IMG/VR virus record: IMGVR_UViG_3300028490_000001
Coordinates: 14,677 to 78,676 of that record
DNA from: a virus
Taxonomy: Duplodnaviria > Heunggongvirae > Uroviricota > Caudoviricetes > Schitoviridae
DNA: 64,000 bases
Direction: 5' to 3' (one strand)
Below the pieces are notes generated by a model. That model did no database searches. It saw only the letters and a program-made list of their open reading frames with translations, and was not told the DNA's origin. The translations under genes and the position numbers were made by a program. This document shows, one piece after another, positions 59,534-64,000 of the stretch (positions are counted from its first letter, which is position 1; each line of letters starts with the position of its first letter).

Positions 59534-61104
59534 AACTACATAAGTTAAGAGAATATCAATCTGAAGCAGTAGTACAAATAGAAGGCGCGATTGTATTTGG
59601 AGCAAAAGAAATATCGCTGAATGGACCAACCTCATTCGGTAAGACAATTACAATGGCTCAATTTATTAAAACACAAGTTGACGAAGGAAAATCTGTTGTG
59701 TTCATGATGAACCTTACAGACCTAGTTAAACAAACCATGGAGACTCTAAAGGCAATGAATGTAGACTTTAGAGTAGTCGCTGCAGAATTTGATGGCTATG
59801 AATTTAATCATCAATCAAAAGTAACAATTGCTATGCAACAAACATTATTTGCAAGACTCAATAAAGTAGATATAGATTGTGATGTACTAGTAATTGATGA
59901 ATTTCATAGAAGTTTTCGCACAGAAACAATGGAAGCAGTGAAGGCAAAATTAAATCCTGATGTTGTAGTTGGAATCTCCGGAACCAACTACGATGAAAAG
60001 GGATACGCACTTCCTAATGTAGAAATAATCGAAACAAAAACTATATCAGAATTAACAAAAGAAAAATACCTTACGCCATTGAAGACGCTGAGTGTCACAT
60101 TTGCAGAAGATATGGACTACTCAGAATCAGGTTCTGGAGAATACTCAGAAAACTTCCTAAATAGTGTAATAAATAATCACGAATATAATTCAAAAGTAGT
60201 ATCTGCTTGGTATTCAGTAGCAAAGAACATGAAGACAATTGTGTTCTCTACTGGTATAGACCATTCAGAGGCTCTAGCTGCCGAATTTAGAGCGATTGGA
60301 ATAGAAGCCGAAGCTTATCATAGCAAGCTAACTAAAGTTCAATCTAGAGCAGTTATGGATAGATTTAAAAAGAACAAACTACAAGTGATGGTTTCTGTCA
60401 ATAAAGTACTTGTTGGATTCGATGACCCATCAATTGAGTGTGGTGTAGCATGTAGACCAACAAAGACAAGAAGAGTATGGCAACAAGCATGTGGAAGAAT
60501 GATTAGACTCTTTGAGGGGAAAAAGAACGCTATTCTACTTGACTGTGCACAATGGACTGCAGAACACGGGTTCTATGATGAAAATTACCATCCTCCGGAA
60601 TTAAATGATAAAGAAGCATTGAAAAAAGAAAAAGCAAGACTAGAAGTAAAAGTAATGAAATTGATAGCAGGGGAGAAACCTACTGAAGTTACAAGAAAGA
60701 TAGTTGATTACAAAATAGAAGAACTAGACAAAAAGAAAGCAAGAATACCTGAGCTTTCAGTAAAAGACCTTCTTGCAATATACGAGACATCACAGAGACC
60801 ACTGGAGATACTAAGAGTTGCATTCGAAATGAATAGAAGAAAGGTTGGTACAACATATACTAAGCCAAACGTTCAGTTTATCTCAAAAGAATGGGACTAT
60901 ATGATTAGTGAATATCCACAATTCAAAACTAGATTATTAAAAACTCTAAGAACAATGGCTAAAAATAAAGTATCTCAAGGAAAAAAACTTGCAGCACTTC
61001 ACTATACACCAGCATGGTTACGAGAGCAGGTTCCGTATCTAATAGATAACCCAAAAATTGTAAACTATGACTTTGACATAGAAGATGATGATATACCATT
61101 TTAA
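59530..61104 (+). CDS. Superfamily 2 DEAD/DEAH-box-type DNA helicase (524 aa)
   Basis: Walker A 'GPTSFGKT', motif II 'VIDEFHR', motif III 'ISGT', motif VI 'QACGRMIR'. Confidence 0.7.
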   Translation: MKLHKLREYQSEAVVQIEGAIVFGAKEISLNGPTSFGKTITMAQFIKTQVDEGKSVVFMMNLTDLVKQTMETLKAMNVDFRVVAAEFDGYEFNHQSKVTIAMQQTLFARLNKVDIDCDVLVIDEFHRSFRTETMEAVKAKLNPDVVVGISGTNYDEKGYALPNVEIIETKTISELTKEKYLTPLKTLSVTFAEDMDYSESGSGEYSENFLNSVINNHEYNSKVVSAWYSVAKNMKTIVFSTGIDHSEALAAEFRAIGIEAEAYHSKLTKVQSRAVMDRFKKNKLQVMVSVNKVLVGFDDPSIECGVACRPTKTRRVWQQACGRMIRLFEGKKNAILLDCAQWTAEHGFYDENYHPPELNDKEALKKEKARLEVKVMKLIAGEKPTEVTRKIVDYKIEELDKKKARIPELSVKDLLAIYETSQRPLEILRVAFEMNRRKVGTTYTKPNVQFISKEWDYMISEYPQFKTRLLKTLRTMAKNKVSQGKKLAALHYTPAWLREQVPYLIDNPKIVNYDFDIEDDDIPF

Positions 61105-61115
61105 AGGAAAAACAG

Positions 61116-61364
61116 ATGATTACCGATAAGGAATTAGCACAAAGAATAAATTTTTACCGACATTCATATCACGAATTGTCAGCAATACATGGAGTCTCAC
61201 CATCTTATTCAGAGATGGTAATGTATGTTGCACTAATGCTAAAAGAAGACCCCATAGAACTCTCAATAAAATTACTAGAATTATCTCAAGAAGATAGAAA
61301 GCAGGAAAGATATGCGCAACACCTTGACGCTATCGGAGAAACAGTGGGACCGGTTCCTTTCTGA
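61116..61364 (+). CDS. Hypothetical protein (82 aa)
   Basis: ORF track. Confidence 0.3.
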   Translation: MITDKELAQRINFYRHSYHELSAIHGVSPSYSEMVMYVALMLKEDPIELSIKLLELSQEDRKQERYAQHLDAIGETVGPVPF

Positions 61365-61551
61365 TTATGAAGAAGCAGTAAAAGAAAACAAAACTACATT
61401 TATGTTTCTAGATTCAGAAATACTAGTAGCATATGCAAAATACTTAATAGAATGGAAGGAACAATCAGATGAAACTAGGCACACTGACTATAGGGACGTG
61501 GTTCATGTACAAAAAGGCATGGTACAAGATAGTGACAACATCAAAAAATAA
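61312..61551 (+). CDS. Hypothetical protein (79 aa), overlapping the previous ORF by 53 nt in the +1 frame
   Basis: ORF track. Confidence 0.25.
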   Translation: MRNTLTLSEKQWDRFLSDYEEAVKENKTTFMFLDSEILVAYAKYLIEWKEQSDETRHTDYRDVVHVQKGMVQDSDNIKK

Positions 61552-61554
61552 CAT

Positions 61555-61625
61555 AGGTGCAACACAAATAGGTGCACAAAAGGTACACATATTTAGTGTG
61601 GACACAGAAGTTCACACACAATAAT
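61555..61625. repeat. Five tandem iteron-like GTGCAC/GTACACA/GTTCACA-core repeats (about 13-15 bp period) in a 600-nt non-coding gap next to the helicase/replication genes
   Basis: AGGTGCAACACAAA / TAGGTGCACAAAA / GGTACACATATTT / AGTGTGGACACAGAA / GTTCACACACAAT. Confidence 0.35.
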
Positions 61626-62148
61626 GTGGTGGCATCAGGACTGAATGTAATATTTTAGTACTCAATCTTTCTTAGTGGGTTATATTGACGAAAAATAAAC
61701 AGATACTGTATAAGTCCACCCAGCGTTTATACCGCGCTGAGAATAAAGAATCTTTTCTTAGACGATTTTATATCTTTGTTCTACTATCCTTTCATGAACC
61801 GCTGTCTTTTAATGCATTTTTTGGCAGCGGGGATTATATTGAAAACTTAATTTAATCTTAAGAGGCATTGAACCAATATACTAGCTTCCATACACCCTTT
61901 ATTTAAAAAAAAAGAAATAGAATAGTATAGAAGAGTGTAGAAGGTCACCTAAACTAGCTAGGAATGGCCATTCCTTGATGTTAAGTTTGGTAAAAGAACC
62001 AACAATGTATAATTCTACTGTAACTTTAGAAGGTGTCCAGCCTATAATGTTCACACCACTCGGTGTGGATATCTTCTAAGGTTTCAAAGGAAAGTAATCT
62101 GGACACCTACAATCCAACACCTTAAATAACATTGTTCCGAAAGACATT

Positions 62149-62448
62149 ATGAAGAAAAAGCTTAAGCCTATAATTCTCTCACAAATCCTATCTCAAGGTT
62201 TTGATAAACAGAAAATAAACAGCTATTCGTTGAATAGAAAAGGTAATGGAATATATCAAATGATTATATTCTTTGGTGGCAAAAAAACCGCAAGCGGAGA
62301 TAAGAGATATCCCGACCTACCAATAGGTAAGGATAAAGAAGTTGCTTTTGCAGTAATGGAAATAATAGATGATATTATGACAGAAAATGAAACAGTAGAC
62401 ATAACAAGAGGAGTCCTAATGACAGACAAGAAAGATTCAGAATGGTAG
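62149..62448 (+). CDS. Hypothetical protein (99 aa)
   Basis: ORF track. Confidence 0.3.
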   Translation: MKKKLKPIILSQILSQGFDKQKINSYSLNRKGNGIYQMIIFFGGKKTASGDKRYPDLPIGKDKEVAFAVMEIIDDIMTENETVDITRGVLMTDKKDSEW

Positions 62449-64000
62449 AAGAAGAACCAAGATTAGAAGATGAGATATTCAACTATATAAACGCACGCTC
62501 TGACCGAACATTAGACCCACACATGGTGAATACACTGATATATTGGTTTCTATCTGTAGTAGTTAATAAGAAAAAAAGAAAAATGGTAATTGGTCATAAT
62601 GACATGTTATTGAATTACTATGGCCTAGTGTTTGCAAAATCAAACTCAGGTAAATCATACATACTTAGTTTGATACTAAAGATGTTTGATGATAAAAATT
62701 ATGAAGCAATGCTTGTATCACTATTCGAACAGAGAACAGGAGATTTGCCGACAGGAGACAAAATTGATACAGCACTACAAAGAAAGTTCATTAAAGCTTT
62801 TCCTCCTATCAAGAAAGATTCAACGACACAGGCGATACATAAGGCAGCTGAAGCTATCGGGACGGCAGCACATACAAACGGAAGCTTTAATATCTATTCA
62901 GATGAATTTTTTGCGAACGCTAGCGAGCCAATACTCGACATGTTGGTGGAAGGTCACGATGGGATATATAAAGCCCCAATGATTAAGGGTAAAAAAGATG
63001 AAGAGTTTTTAGAATACCATGATATTAGTGGATTAACAACAAACGTCTTAGGACTATCATCTGTCGCTGCAATAATGAAAGACCAAAAGAAACTATCGAC
63101 ATTCATAGGTGAAATGGAAAGAGCTTGGTTTAAAAGAAGCTTTATTTATTTCAATGATGCATTTACTCCAAAAGCTAGAAGTCAAAGTGAAATAACATTA
63201 CCAGAACTCAGTGCAGAACTAAAACATCTACTAGACATGACGAGGGACGCAGTAGGTGAATGTCCAGAAGAAATAGTACTAAGTGAAGAAGTAATGGAAT
63301 TATTTGACGAAAAGAGAAAGGAATACATAAATGGAACCAATACTTCAAGATTTGCAGGACTGCTTGACATATATAAGACCGCTAAACTCGCAGGAATACT
63401 TGCAGCTTCAAACTTCAGGGCAACAGTTAGTACGACAGACTGGAAGCGGGCAGTGGCATTTGATGCCGTCTCATTTAAACATTCAGAAGACTTCTGCTCC
63501 CTTGAGCACCCACATATCAGAGTCTTTGCAGAAATTAGCAAAGGTGCACAGAACGAACATGAGCTTGTCGAGAGCGGAATCATGCCTGCAGCCAAAAACA
63601 AAAGAACAGACATTATCGAACTCGTCAACCAGCTTGCATACAGAAGAAACAAAAGATTTGTTATCGCAGGTGAGAAGGTCCGTAAATTTTCCATCACAGA
63701 CCTTGAGATTAACAATCTAGACAAAATGATACTATCTACCTCATCGAAGGTATCTACAAAACCAGAAATGGAAATAGACTTCCGCTCACAGGAGGTTCCA
63801 TTCTTTGGTGGAGATATGAGCGTTGAGGGACTATTAAAGTCCAAGGTGCAGTCTTTCTGTCTTAACCACTTCGAAGCCACTGATAAGGCTCCCAATGGGC
63901 ATAGGAAGAAAGAATATGTAATACCCGGACAGAATATGATTGCATTTGATATTGATGAAGGTATGACTATCGAAGAAATGGTAGCAATACTAGAACCATA
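62442..64000 (+). CDS. Partial (>=519 aa, runs off the window) P-loop NTPase replication protein; Walker A 'AKSNSGKSY'; an exonuclease-I-like 'MIAFDIDEG' motif near the window end (primase/helicase or polymerase-associated)
   Basis: Manual translation is open from ATG 62442 to 64000. Not in the ORF track because no stop lies within the window. Confidence 0.4.
   Translation, partial: MVEEEPRLEDEIFNYINARSDRTLDPHMVNTLIYWFLSVVVNKKKRKMVIGHNDMLLNYYGLVFAKSNSGKSYILSLILKMFDDKNYEAMLVSLFEQRTGDLPTGDKIDTALQRKFIKAFPPIKKDSTTQAIHKAAEAIGTAAHTNGSFNIYSDEFFANASEPILDMLVEGHDGIYKAPMIKGKKDEEFLEYHDISGLTTNVLGLSSVAAIMKDQKKLSTFIGEMERAWFKRSFIYFNDAFTPKARSQSEITLPELSAELKHLLDMTRDAVGECPEEIVLSEEVMELFDEKRKEYINGTNTSRFAGLLDIYKTAKLAGILAASNFRATVSTTDWKRAVAFDAVSFKHSEDFCSLEHPHIRVFAEISKGAQNEHELVESGIMPAAKNKRTDIIELVNQLAYRRNKRFVIAGEKVRKFSITDLEINNLDKMILSTSSKVSTKPEMEIDFRSQEVPFFGGDMSVEGLLKSKVQSFCLNHFEATDKAPNGHRKKEYVIPGQNMIAFDIDEGMTIEEMVAILEP

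Noticed and set aside
1-64000. CRISPR arrays, integrase/excisionase, or host flanking genes (prophage context)
   Set aside because: No spaced direct-repeat arrays. No tyrosine/serine recombinase motifs in any ORF. Gene content is uniformly phage-like and lytic in organisation.

Overview
This 64 kb window is an AT-rich (roughly 37% GC) segment of a tailed dsDNA phage genome, apparently podovirus/T7-like in gene order and size. It has two divergent modules that meet at an intergenic region at about 33114-33496.

The minus-strand late module runs from 33113 down to position 1. Read in transcription order it holds a candidate small terminase, the large terminase, tail fibres (two of them collagen-like) and a large tandemly duplicated LRR receptor-binding protein. 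It continues with a lysis cassette (amidase endolysin plus holin-like membrane proteins), the portal, scaffold and major capsid protein, then a tail/nozzle protein and three large internal virion proteins. It ends with a partial gene that carries single-subunit RNA polymerase motifs.

The plus-strand early/replication module (33497-64000) holds many small ORFs and a T7-like single-subunit RNA polymerase with motifs A, B and C recognisable. It also holds DNA-binding proteins, a tRNA cluster flanked by large GC-rich structured non-coding regions, and a type IV pilin-like / SPFH-lipoprotein membrane cluster. Further along are a Cas4/RecB-like nuclease, an SF2 helicase and a P-loop replication protein that is cut off at the window end.

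The most striking feature is a phage-borne ubiquitin-like conjugation cassette. It comprises a small 41-aa peptide, a ThiF/MoeB E1-like adenylyltransferase, a 530-aa protein with a weak E2-like HP(N/E)...C signature, and a JAB/JAMM (HxHx7Sx2D) peptidase.

Other unusual items are two tRNA-like elements whose 3' halves (T-arm, acceptor and CCA) sit immediately upstream of perfectly complementary 5' halves, suggesting circularly permuted tRNA-like genes. There is a tRNA with an apparent 8-nt anticodon loop, two paralogous RNA polymerases, and iteron-like repeats near the replication genes. All calls rest on motif reading by eye; no database searches were possible.
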